A DNA stretch of 32,000 nt from Blochmannia endosymbiont of Camponotus modoc (GTDB lineage: Bacteria > Pseudomonadota > Gammaproteobacteria > Enterobacterales > Enterobacteriaceae). A model generated the notes under the pieces. The model made no database searches and had not been told where the DNA came from. It saw only the letters and a program-made list of their open reading frames with translations. Of the stretch, positions 10,638 to 20,319 are shown piece after piece. Position 1 is the first letter of the stretch. Each line of letters starts with the position of its first letter. The position numbers were made by a program, and so were the translations under genes. The stretch covers positions 180,001 to 212,000 of the forward strand of contig NZ_CP097765.1 of the NCBI RefSeq assembly GCF_023585785.1, written 5' to 3'.

Positions 10638-12299
10638 TTAGTAATTTTTAGATTCTTTTAGGGTTACAGTTCTGTTAAACACTAAATAAGATTTTTTAGA
10701 ATAATGGTGGTCTAGGATAAAATATCCTTCTCGTTCAATTTGATACGGACCAAAGCTATAGGAGTGAATGATATTTTCTTCAACAACTCCTTGAGAAATT
10801 ATTAAAGACTTAGGATTGATATTGGCAATCAAGTTGCTTGCAACAGAAGGATTGGGGTGAATAAATAGTTTATCATATAGACGAAATTCAGCTGATATAT
10901 TTCTTGTTGCTGATACCCAATGGATTACTCCGGTAATTTTTCTGCCATCTACTGGGTTTTTATGTAAAGTAAATGGATCGTAACTGCAGTAAATACAAAT
11001 GATATTTCCGTTTTTGTCTTTTTTGATACCCTCTGCTTTTATAACATAAGCGTATCTTAATCGTATCTCCTGTCCCAAGGTTAATTTATAGCATTTATTA
11101 TTATTTAACATTTCGCAAAAATCAAAACGATCAATAAAAATTTCTTTACTAAAAATGACAGGACGAACCCCCATATCAGAGTTATTAGGATGATTTGGCA
11201 TTTCTATTTTTTCTTCATATCCTACAGGTAAATTATTAATAATAATTTTTATTGGATTGATTACCGCCATAAGTCGTGGCGCATGTTTGTTTAAATCTGC
11301 ACGAATACATGACTCTAAAAGTGATAATTCTATTTGACTTTCTTGTTTACTAATGCCGATACGATGACAAAATTCGCGAATTGATCTGGCTGTATATCCT
11401 CTGCGTCGTAATCCAGAAATAGTAGGCATTCGAGGATCATCCCATCCATCAACTATGTTTTTTGTAACTAATATACTAAGTTTACGTTTAGATGTGATTA
11501 TATATTTTAAGTTAAGTCGAGAAAATTCATATTGAGTGGGGTGTGTATTTATATCAATATTATTTAATATCCAATTATATAAAATGCGATTCTCTTGGAA
11601 TTCTAAAGTACATAAAGAATGAGTAATACCTTCTATTGCATCTGAAATACAATGACTAAAATCGTACGTTGGATAAATACACCAATTTTTTCCAATGCGA
11701 TGATGTGGAGTGTATTTAATACGATATAATACCGGATCTCGCATCACCATAGAAGAAGAGCCCATATTAATTTTAGCGCGTAAACAGGCCTCACCTTCTA
11801 GAAAATCCCCATTTCGCATTTTAGAAAAATAAATCAAATTTTCTTTAATACTACGAGATCGGTATGGACTATTTTTACCAGAACGTGTTAATGTTCCCCG
11901 GTATTTTTTAATTTCATCTATGGATAATTCATCTACATATGCTAATCCCTTTTTAATTAATTTGATAGCATAGTCATACAATTTTTCAATATAATCGGAT
12001 GAATAATGTACATCTCCATGCCACATAAATCCAAGCCATTGAATGTCATATTTTATACCTTCAACATATTCTTTGTGTTCTTTTTCTGGATTGGTATCAT
12101 CAACTCGTAAATTGCATTGACCATGATAATATTGAGCAATACCAAAATTGAGGCAAATAGCTTTAGCATGTCCTATATGCAAATATCCATTAGGTTCTGG
12201 AGGAAATCGTGTGCGCACATCAGTATATTTCTTTGATTTCAAATCTTTATCAATAATATGGTTAATAAAATTAGGTCGATAATTCATAAGAATTTTCAT
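10638..12299 (-). CDS. glnS: Glutaminyl-tRNA synthetase
   Basis: 553 aa; [21 protein letters not shown] and [18 protein letters not shown] signatures; class I second motif present as TSKRKL. Confidence 0.96.
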   Translation of the reverse strand: MKILMNYRPNFINHIIDKDLKSKKYTDVRTRFPPEPNGYLHIGHAKAICLNFGIAQYYHGQCNLRVDDTNPEKEHKEYVEGIKYDIQWLGFMWHGDVHYSSDYIEKLYDYAIKLIKKGLAYVDELSIDEIKKYRGTLTRSGKNSPYRSRSIKENLIYFSKMRNGDFLEGEACLRAKINMGSSSMVMRDPVLYRIKYTPHHRIGKNWCIYPTYDFSHCISDAIEGITHSLCTLEFQENRILYNWILNNIDINTHPTQYEFSRLNLKYIITSKRKLSILVTKNIVDGWDDPRMPTISGLRRRGYTARSIREFCHRIGISKQESQIELSLLESCIRADLNKHAPRLMAVINPIKIIINNLPVGYEEKIEMPNHPNNSDMGVRPVIFSKEIFIDRFDFCEMLNNNKCYKLTLGQEIRLRYAYVIKAEGIKKDKNGNIICIYCSYDPFTLHKNPVDGRKITGVIHWVSATRNISAEFRLYDKLFIHPNPSVASNLIANINPKSLIISQGVVEENIIHSYSFGPYQIEREGYFILDHHYSKKSYLVFNRTVTLKESKNY

Positions 12300-13217
12300 T
12301 TTTTTATCCTTTTCTCAATATACATCATTGTTACTAATCCGTAGATAATATATCTTCATTTATTTAAATGATAATATTGAATTAAGATTATTACATAAAA
12401 ATATAAAAAATTTTTAAAGAATATCATTCTATATAACAATTATAACATGCACTTACATAATATGTTGATAAGTACATTAATTAAGATTTGAAAATATTTA
12501 ACAGCGTTTGTAATTGTTATTTTGAATGTAGATATATTCCGCGGAATAACCGTAATATAAATCAAGTAATAATAGATTCTATTTTTATAATTACGATGCC
12601 ATATTTTACATATGCAAACCAATATAGATTGGCATCTACATATTTTTTGTACAAACATTATAGTCATTGTAATTATTTTGTTTCAGATCAACAAGTAGGT
12701 AATTCTGTAGATTTTCATTGTTACTCAGCTTGAGAATAATATAAACGTTACTTTGCTGTTGTAAATTTTAGTACTTCTGTATAAAATATATTCGTGTTAG
12801 TTTTATTGCGAGCAAAATAACGTTTTTTGAAATAAATTAATCGTAGATCTTTATTTAAAGACGGTTGTAATGCGCAGGAATATGTAATTTTTTATATAAA
12901 TTATACGGGATGTTTCCATAACGGAGACAAAGGCATGTATTTAAGTATTAAAATAATTTGCAAATAATCATACGTTGATATGCATAATTGTTCGATAACT
13001 ACTGGAGCACGTAAGGAACTAATTATCCAATGAAGTGTGTTTATGTCTATAATTTGTTATCATTACAGTACTGTGCTAATAAAATTATTATCTTTAATTT
13101 TAAAAAAGAGATTTCATCAGGTCCATAATTAACCATATATATAATTTATAGTGTTTTATTAGTTTTTAAATAATATAGGACGATTTATTATCAGCTCAAT
13201 TAAACAAGGATCTTTAT

Positions 13218-14021
13218 ATGAGAGTTATATTTTTAGATACCTCTGATCATGTTGCTCAATGGGTTGCGCACTACGTTGTTTGCTGTATTAATTCTTTTCA
13301 TCCTACCATCGACAATCCGTTTGTATTAGGTTTACCTACAGGAAGAACTCCAATAAAGACTTACGAAAATATTATAGCACTGCATCGGTCTAAGCAAATA
13401 AGTTTTAAATATGTAGTAATATTTACTATGGACGAATATCTTGGTTTATCTCATTCAGATTCAAAAAGTTATTATACTTTTATACATACAAATTTTATTG
13501 ATCATGTTGATATTCCTAAAGAAAATGTCCATTTTTTAAATGGAAATACCAATAATGTTAAAGATGAATGTAAACGATATGAAGAAAAAATAAAATTATA
13601 TGGGGGTATTCATTTGCTGATAGGAGGGGTTGGTAGTGATGGACATCTTGCTTTCAATGAACCTGGCTCTTCTTTAACATCGCGCACTAGAGTTAAAAAC
13701 TTAAGTAAAGAAACTCGTGCATCAAATGCTAAGTTTTTTGATAATAATATTGATTCTGTCCCTAAATTTGCGTTAACTATTGGCATTGCTACATTAATGG
13801 AGTCACGAGAAATAATAATAATAGCAACTGGAATAAATAAAGCAATGGCAGTACAAGCAGCAATTGAAGGCAACGTTAATCATATGTGGACTATTAGTTG
13901 TTTACAGTTGCATCCTAGATCAGTATTAGTATGCGATGAGCTATCAACTATGGAATTAAAAATGAAAACGGTTAAGTATTTTCAAGAACTAGAAATAAAT
14001 AATCAGACGATTATAATGTAA
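13218..14021 (+). CDS. nagB: Glucosamine-6-phosphate deaminase
   Basis: 267 aa; MDEY, FFDHVDIP-like (FIDHVDIP), [18 protein letters not shown], and [14 protein letters not shown] motifs; adjacent to nagA. Confidence 0.95.
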   Translation: MRVIFLDTSDHVAQWVAHYVVCCINSFHPTIDNPFVLGLPTGRTPIKTYENIIALHRSKQISFKYVVIFTMDEYLGLSHSDSKSYYTFIHTNFIDHVDIPKENVHFLNGNTNNVKDECKRYEEKIKLYGGIHLLIGGVGSDGHLAFNEPGSSLTSRTRVKNLSKETRASNAKFFDNNIDSVPKFALTIGIATLMESREIIIIATGINKAMAVQAAIEGNVNHMWTISCLQLHPRSVLVCDELSTMELKMKTVKYFQELEINNQTIIM

Positions 14022-14031
14022 TTTCTAAAAT

Positions 14032-15192
14032 ATGTATGCTTTAATTAATAGTACAATATATACTGGTAAGGAAATTATTGACAATCATGCGCTTATCGTT
14101 TCTAAGAATGTTATTAAAGCTATTTGTTTGAATAGCGAGTTACCTAAAAACATAGATGTACATGATTTATCAGGGGCTTTGTTGACACCTGGATTTATAG
14201 ATTTGCAAATTAATGGATGCGGCGGCGTACAATTCAACGATCATATAAATGCAATATCAATATGTACGCTTGAGAAAATGCAGGTAACTAACCAATTTTC
14301 AGGGTGTACTAGTTTTCTTCCAACGTTGATTACTAGTGATAATGTTTTGATGCAACGAGCTGTTGATGTCATGCGTGTTTTTTTGTCTAAAAATAAAAAT
14401 CAGGCCTTAGGATTACATTTAGAAGGGCCATTCTTAAACTCTATAAAAAGAGGTATACATAACCCGATATTAATTCGTTTGCCGACAAAAGAGATGATAA
14501 GTTATCTGTGTGAGAATAGTGATGTCATCAGAAAAATAACTCTTGCTCCTGAACAATTAGATATGACATTTATTCAAAAATTGAAAAAATCAGGTATTTG
14601 TGTTGCAATTGGACATTCTAATGCTACTTATGAACAAGCACGATTTAGTTTTTCATACGGTGTTAGTTTTGGAACCCATTTATTTAATGCTATGCCTCCG
14701 TTAATTGCTCGTGAACCTGGTGTTATCGGAGCTATTTTTGATGTACCAGAAATATATTGCAGTGTTATAGCAGACGGTTTTCATGTTCATTGGGCTAATA
14801 TTAGATATGCTAAAAAAATTAAAGGAGATCGTTTAATTTTAGTAACTGATGCCACTAGTCCTGCGGGCTCTAATCTTATTAGATCCCGTTTTCTTTTTTC
14901 TAACAAAACTATATATCATCGTAATAACATATGTGTGGATAGTAAAGGCATACTTAGTGGATCGACTTTAACAATGATTCAAGCAATAAAAAACAGTGTT
15001 AAATATGCTGGAATACCGTTAGATGAAGCTGTGCGTATGGCTACCTTATATCCAGCCAAAGCTATCGGAATGGACCATTGTTTAGGTAGCCTAGAAGTAA
15101 ATAAGATTGCTAATTTAACCGTTTTTAATACAGACTATCAAATAAGAAAAACTATAGTTAACGGAAAAATAGTGAATACATCATTGTCATAA
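14032..15192 (+). CDS. nagA: N-acetylglucosamine-6-phosphate deacetylase
   Basis: 386 aa; PGFIDLQINGCGGVQFND, GLHLEGP, GHSNATYEQA, THLFNAMPP and LVTDATSPAG motifs. Confidence 0.95.
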   Translation: MYALINSTIYTGKEIIDNHALIVSKNVIKAICLNSELPKNIDVHDLSGALLTPGFIDLQINGCGGVQFNDHINAISICTLEKMQVTNQFSGCTSFLPTLITSDNVLMQRAVDVMRVFLSKNKNQALGLHLEGPFLNSIKRGIHNPILIRLPTKEMISYLCENSDVIRKITLAPEQLDMTFIQKLKKSGICVAIGHSNATYEQARFSFSYGVSFGTHLFNAMPPLIAREPGVIGAIFDVPEIYCSVIADGFHVHWANIRYAKKIKGDRLILVTDATSPAGSNLIRSRFLFSNKTIYHRNNICVDSKGILSGSTLTMIQAIKNSVKYAGIPLDEAVRMATLYPAKAIGMDHCLGSLEVNKIANLTVFNTDYQIRKTIVNGKIVNTSLS

Positions 15193-15635
15193 ATTCGACT
15201 ACATATAGACATATACTTAAATGAATGTTCATTCATGATGGGATGTTTTATCTCATTAATGATTTTTTGGTATTAAACTAGCATTTTAAATTTTTATTAC
15301 TATAAATTATGCGTTACCTTATTCATATATGAATAGGCTGAATTATTATGTGGAATAGCTTCATAATGAATGTTTCTATACAGAAACATTCTATTTTTGT
15401 TTTTAAATCAATTAAATTATGGTTATTTTTATATGGGCGTGTTCATAAAGTAAATCGTATAATTTTTTATAATTTTTTCAATAAAGTTATAAGTTTGTAT
15501 AATAACTAGAAATATACCCCATTTTATATACATAAAAGAAAGTTGACGGATATTTTATAATTGTTGCATAATGTAGTACAAGTTTATGTGTTTTGGTTCG
15601 CAATTGGAGCATAACACAGGACAATTAAATATATT

Positions 15636-15709
<74 letters not shown>

Positions 15710-15733
15710 TTTATATAATTAGATAAGCACAAC

Positions 15734-15815
15734 GCGGGAGTGGCGAAATAGGTAGACGCGTCAGAATTAGGATCTGATACTGAGAAGTATGCGAGTTCAA
15801 ATCTCGCCTCCCGCA
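15734..15815 (+). tRNA. leuW: tRNA-Leu, anticodon TAG
   Basis: Acceptor GCGGGAG/CTCCCGC, anticodon arm TCAGA ATTAGGA TCTGA, variable arm TACtgagaaGTA, T arm GCGAG TTCAAAT CTCGC. Resembles E. coli leuW. No encoded CCA. Confidence 0.95.
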
Positions 15816-15896
15816 TGTTGTCTATTTAAATGAGTATAGAAAAGAAATACATAAATAAATATAAAAATATACATGAGTAAGCATATTAATGATAAA

Positions 15897-15968
15897 TGGG
15901 GCATAGCCAAGCGGTAAGGCAGCGGGTTTTGATCCCGCCATTCCCAGGTTCGAATCCTGGTGCCCCAG
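15897..15968 (+). tRNA. glnU: tRNA-Gln, anticodon TTG
   Basis: Acceptor TGGGGCA/TGCCCCA, anticodon arm GCGGG TTTTGAT CCCGC, T arm CCAGG TTCGAAT CCTGG. Resembles E. coli glnU/W. No encoded CCA. Confidence 0.95.
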
Positions 15969-16211
15969 TAAATTTTCACATCATTATACTTAAATAACAA
16001 ATATAAAATGTTGCGCGTTTAAAGTCTATATTATTTATCTTTAATGATTATTAAAGATAAATAATTAAAATATATTTAATCGGGAAATATTTTTGCATAT
16101 ATAATGTCATTGTAGTAATATAAGTATAAACATTTATTTTTATGATTACATTCGAAATAGATTTAGAATCTCGCTATATTTGATACAATATCGCAATATT
16201 GTAATATGTTC

Positions 16212-17382
16212 TTATATACCTAAAGCATATTTTAATACTTTTCTTTTTAGATACAAGGAGCGCTCAACTGCCATAAATGCAATGTTCCTAGCTATTTTTA
16301 GCGGCAAGTAATTATTATGAAAAACAACGTATAACCAATCTATGCATGATTGCATGATGAAAGAGTCATATTTACGGCTTTTTTGATAGGATATCAACAC
16401 TTCTGAAATACTCGAATACTCGTCAAAAACACGTGAATTAATTAGTAATTGTGATAAACTCATGACATCACGAAGTCCTAGATTTATTCCTTGCCCTGCT
16501 AAAGGATGCAGAGAATGTGCAGCATCTCCAACTAATGCCCCTCCTGAAGTTATGTAGTTGTATGCACATTGACGAATCAATGGAACTACAGTCATATTGT
16601 GTAACTTAACACTACCTAATTGTTTTTGAAAATTATTCTCGATTTCTTTTTCCAACATTGCTACAGATAATTGTTGTAATTCACGAATACGCTCAGGAGT
16701 ATTGTACCACATTAATGATCCCCAATGATTATGTAGCGGTAAAAATCCTATAGGACCATAAGGAGTAAATATTTGCCAAATTGTTCCACTTTTACATTTG
16801 TCTGTTTTAATGGTGAGCAACATACAAAATTGACGATATTTCCAGCCAATTATCCCAATTCCTAATATTTTTCGAACTTGAGAATAAATTCCATCAGCTC
16901 CTATTAATAAACGACTAATAACTACGACACCATTATCAAGAATACATCGCCAACAAAAACCGTCATAATGTGTGGATACTAATATAGATGGGCAATATAA
17001 TGTTATTGTTTTGAAGTTTACGAAATCTTCCCAAAGTGCTGATTGTAGCCGATTGTTTTCGATAATGCACCCCATTGTGGATACCCCTGCAGACATGGCA
17101 TTAAAAATTACTTTTGATGATGGACATTCCCATACTTCTAGGCAGTGATATGGAGTGCAAAAATTGGAAGGAATTTTTTTCCATATATTAATTTGTTTTA
17201 AGAATTCTATTGAAGCATAATTAATAGCAGCAACTCGAATATGCGGTTTTTTTTTTCATTGGAACAGGATGTGTATGATCTACTATAATTACTTTAATAC
17301 CAGATTTAGAAAGACGTAATGCTAAAGATGCACCTATAATACCAGCGCCAAATATTAATACATCACAGAATAATTTACTCAT
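16212..17382 (-). CDS. ubiF: 2-octaprenyl-3-methyl-6-methoxy-1,4-benzoquinol hydroxylase UbiF, split by a +1 frameshift in an A10 tract (17256-17247); functional or pseudogene status unresolved
   Basis: ATG at 17382 encodes MSKLFCDVLIFGAGIIGASLALRLSKSGIKVIIVDHTHPVPMKKK..., then stops. Removing one A joins it to PHIRVAAINYASIEFLKQINIWKKIPSNFCTPYHCLEVWECPSSKVIFNA and the 294-aa ORF (16212-17096), giving 389 aa colinear with E. coli UbiF (391 aa). GDAAHSLHPLAGQGINLGLRD motif present. Confidence 0.88.
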
Positions 17383-17824
17383 AATATTTTATGATCTACA
17401 TAAAGGTTAATCTGTATATAAGTATATTTTTATATGATATTAAGATTTTATGCAAGCGAATATTAATTTATGAAGTAATCGAGCATATAACGTATAGGAA
17501 TTTCAAATTGAATAAATATTTAAAAATTTAAAGATTTAATTACAATCATATGTCCTTGACATATGATTGTAATTGTTTTAGCCTTCAGTATATTATTAAT
17601 TTAATTTTTTGTTTATATTTTTAATATATTATCATACTTATTATTGTTTATTTTTTAGAATTTAAAGCATGTATTTAAAAACGTGGATATGTTGAAAATT
17701 TTTCATCACTTATGATGATGGATTTTTTTATTTCTAAATAATGTTACATCTTACATTTAATATCTTGATTCAATGTAAGTGTTATTATCAATCGTTTTTA
17801 TTCTGATTAATTTAGGGGTAATTT

Positions 17825-18817
17825 TTGAATTTAAAAACTAAAGAAATTAGATTACAACCAGCAAATAATAAACGTTTGATCAGTCTATGTGGACCTTTTG
17901 ATGATAATTTGAAGCAATTAGAATCTCAATTGAATATTACTATCAATAGGCGTGATAATTTTTTTAGATTAATAGGAACATCAGTATCAGTTAATGCTGC
18001 TACTAATGCTTTGGTGTCTTTATATTCGGATACAGAGACTGAATATGGTGTGATTCACGACATTGATCCAAAGCAAGTATATTTGACTATTAAACAAATC
18101 CAGATATTACAAACTCAATATACATGTACAAAAACAATTCGTAATACTCTGATACAAATTGAAACAAAAAATGGGATAATAAAGCCTCGTACAAAAAACC
18201 AATCAAAATATATTTATAATATTTTTAATCATGATATCACTTTTGGAATAGGACCTGCAGGAACTGGAAAAACGTATCTAGCTATAGCTGCTGCGGTAGA
18301 TTTATTAGAGCGTAAAAAAAACAAACGTATTGTTTTAACTCGTCCTGCTATTGAAGCAGGAGAGAAATTAGGTTTTTTACCGGGTGATCTTAATCAGAAA
18401 TCTGATCCCTATGTGCGTCCATTATATGATGCTTTATTTAATATACTTGGGCGCGAAAGAGTAGAGCAATTGATACAAAAGAATACAATAGAAGTAGCTC
18501 CGTTAGCTTATATGCGCGGACGTACGTTAAATGATTCTGTCATTATTCTTGATGAAAGTCAAAATACAACTATTACTCAAATGAAGATGTTTTTAACCCG
18601 CATTGGATTTCATTCTACAGTAATTATTACTGGAGATATCACTCAAATTGATTTACCATCTAATCAATCATCTGGTTTAACACATGCTATTAAAGTTTTA
18701 CCAGTAATTAAAGACATTAGTTTTAATTTTTTTACTAAAGAAGATTCGGTACGTCATGCAATAGTAAGTCGCATAATAGATGCGTATGAAACATGGGATA
18801 ATAAAAAAGAATTTTAA
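17825..18817 (+). CDS. ybeZ: PhoH-like ATPase YbeZ
   Basis: 330 aa; N-terminus LKTKEIRLQPANNKRLISLCGPFDDN; Walker A GPAGTGKTYLA; LDESQNTT. TTG start preceded by AGGGG. Confidence 0.93.
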   Translation: MNLKTKEIRLQPANNKRLISLCGPFDDNLKQLESQLNITINRRDNFFRLIGTSVSVNAATNALVSLYSDTETEYGVIHDIDPKQVYLTIKQIQILQTQYTCTKTIRNTLIQIETKNGIIKPRTKNQSKYIYNIFNHDITFGIGPAGTGKTYLAIAAAVDLLERKKNKRIVLTRPAIEAGEKLGFLPGDLNQKSDPYVRPLYDALFNILGRERVEQLIQKNTIEVAPLAYMRGRTLNDSVIILDESQNTTITQMKMFLTRIGFHSTVIITGDITQIDLPSNQSSGLTHAIKVLPVIKDISFNFFTKEDSVRHAIVSRIIDAYETWDNKKEF

Positions 18818-18925
18818 ATATACATCAAAAGATATATAGATATACATGAGTGTAATTGTAAATTAAATTGTAAATAAGATAAATAATAACGATTAATAAT
18901 TATTATTATGATAAAGGATTAATAG

Positions 18926-19399
18926 ATGACAAATAATCAAGTGATTATCGATTTACAATTAGCATGTAAAAATTTACATGGATTACCTAATCGGAAAATG
19001 TTTCAGTCGTGGGTATCTGCTATATTTTCTGTATATAAAAAAAAAATAGAATTAACTGTACGTATAGTAGATATAAAAGAGATGCGCTATTTAAATTGGT
19101 ATTATTTAAAAAAAGATTGCCCCACTAATGTTTTATCATTTCCTTTTACTCCGCCATTAGGAATAAAATCCCCATTACTTGGTGATGTAGTGCTTTGTCG
19201 TCAGGTCATAGAATACGAATCTAAAGAAAAAAATGTACCTGGTAGATCACATTGGGCACATATGATAATTCATGGGTCACTACATTTATTAGGGTATAAT
19301 CATAATGTGGACAAAGAAGCTATATTAATGCAACGAGTAGAAAGAAATATACTTCAGCAATGTGGATATCGAACGTGTTGTCATGTTGCACATAGATAA
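18926..19399 (+). CDS. ybeY: Endoribonuclease YbeY (16S rRNA maturation)
   Basis: 157 aa; TNVLSFPF and metal-binding HGSLHLLGYNH motif; located between ybeZ and ybeX. Confidence 0.95.
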   Translation: MTNNQVIIDLQLACKNLHGLPNRKMFQSWVSAIFSVYKKKIELTVRIVDIKEMRYLNWYYLKKDCPTNVLSFPFTPPLGIKSPLLGDVVLCRQVIEYESKEKNVPGRSHWAHMIIHGSLHLLGYNHNVDKEAILMQRVERNILQQCGYRTCCHVAHR

Positions 19400-19432
19400 T
19401 AAAATTTTTTATAAGATATAGTAAATAATATT

Positions 19433-20317
19433 ATGAATAATAATAATTCAGAGGAGAACGTTAATTCTATTCGTAAAAAAAGTTTTTTCACTTTTATATT
19501 ACATCATCTCTTTCATAGTAGTCCTAAAAATCGCAATGATTTATTAAGTTTAATACGTGATTTCGAACAAAATTCTTTGATAAATTCAGATACTCGAGAT
19601 ATGTTAGAAGGGGTTATGGATATTGTTGAACAAAAAGTTAGAGATGTTATGGTACCTAGGGCGCAAATTATTTTTTTGAAAAATACCCAGTCTTGGGATG
19701 AACAACTTAACATTATTATAGAATCTGCTCATTCTAGATTTCCAGTGTTATATGGCAATCAAGATAAAATTAAGGGTGTTTTGATTGCTAAAGATTTATT
19801 ACCATTCATATTAAAACAATCACAACCATGTAGTATTGATAAAATTTTACGTCCAGCAATGGTAGTGCCAGAACATAAAGGAGTAGATAGAATGTTACAA
19901 GAATTTCGTCTACAACGCTGTCATATGGCTATTGTAATAGATGAATTTGGAGGAATGTCTGGACTGATTACTATCGAAGACATATTAGAATTAATTGTTG
20001 GTGAGATTGAAGATGAGTACGATAATAAAGATAGTTTTAATATTTGTCAAATAAACCAACATACTTTTATTATTAACGCATTAACTCCTGTTGCAGACTT
20101 TAATAACATGTTTAACACCTGTTTTCATAATGAAGAAATAGATACTATTGGAGGTTTTATTATGCAATCTTTCGGGCATTTACCTACAAATGGGGAATCT
20201 ATTGATATTTTAGGCTACAAATTTAAAGTTACACTCATAGACAGTCATCGTATTGTGCAATTACTTGTACAAATTCCCAAAAACTCATTATATACGCCTA
20301 AAGAAAATAATTTGTAG
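19433..20317 (+). CDS. ybeX: CorC/YbeX family CBS-domain protein (magnesium/cobalt efflux-associated)
   Basis: 294 aa; VRDVMVPRAQI, CBS domains, AIVIDEFGGMSGLITIEDILELIVGEIEDEYD motif; C-terminal CorC_HlyC domain. Confidence 0.94.
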   Translation: MNNNNSEENVNSIRKKSFFTFILHHLFHSSPKNRNDLLSLIRDFEQNSLINSDTRDMLEGVMDIVEQKVRDVMVPRAQIIFLKNTQSWDEQLNIIIESAHSRFPVLYGNQDKIKGVLIAKDLLPFILKQSQPCSIDKILRPAMVVPEHKGVDRMLQEFRLQRCHMAIVIDEFGGMSGLITIEDILELIVGEIEDEYDNKDSFNICQINQHTFIINALTPVADFNNMFNTCFHNEEIDTIGGFIMQSFGHLPTNGESIDILGYKFKVTLIDSHRIVQLLVQIPKNSLYTPKENNL

Positions 20318-20319
20318 AT

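Noticed and set aside
12440-12733. Two overlapping opposite-strand ORFs (75 and 81 aa)
   Set aside because: They are mutually antisense, cysteine/isoleucine-rich random-looking sequences with no family resemblance; not called as genes.
13610-13873. 87-aa minus-strand ORF
   Set aside because: Antisense to the conserved nagB coding region.
15223-15241. ATGAATG-TT-CATTCAT short palindrome after nagA
   Set aside because: Only 7-bp arms with no T tract; not distinguishable from chance.
15797-16000. 67-aa minus-strand ORF
   Set aside because: Antisense across the tRNA-Gln gene and the 3' end of tRNA-Leu.
19513-19713. 66-aa minus-strand ORF
   Set aside because: Antisense inside ybeX.
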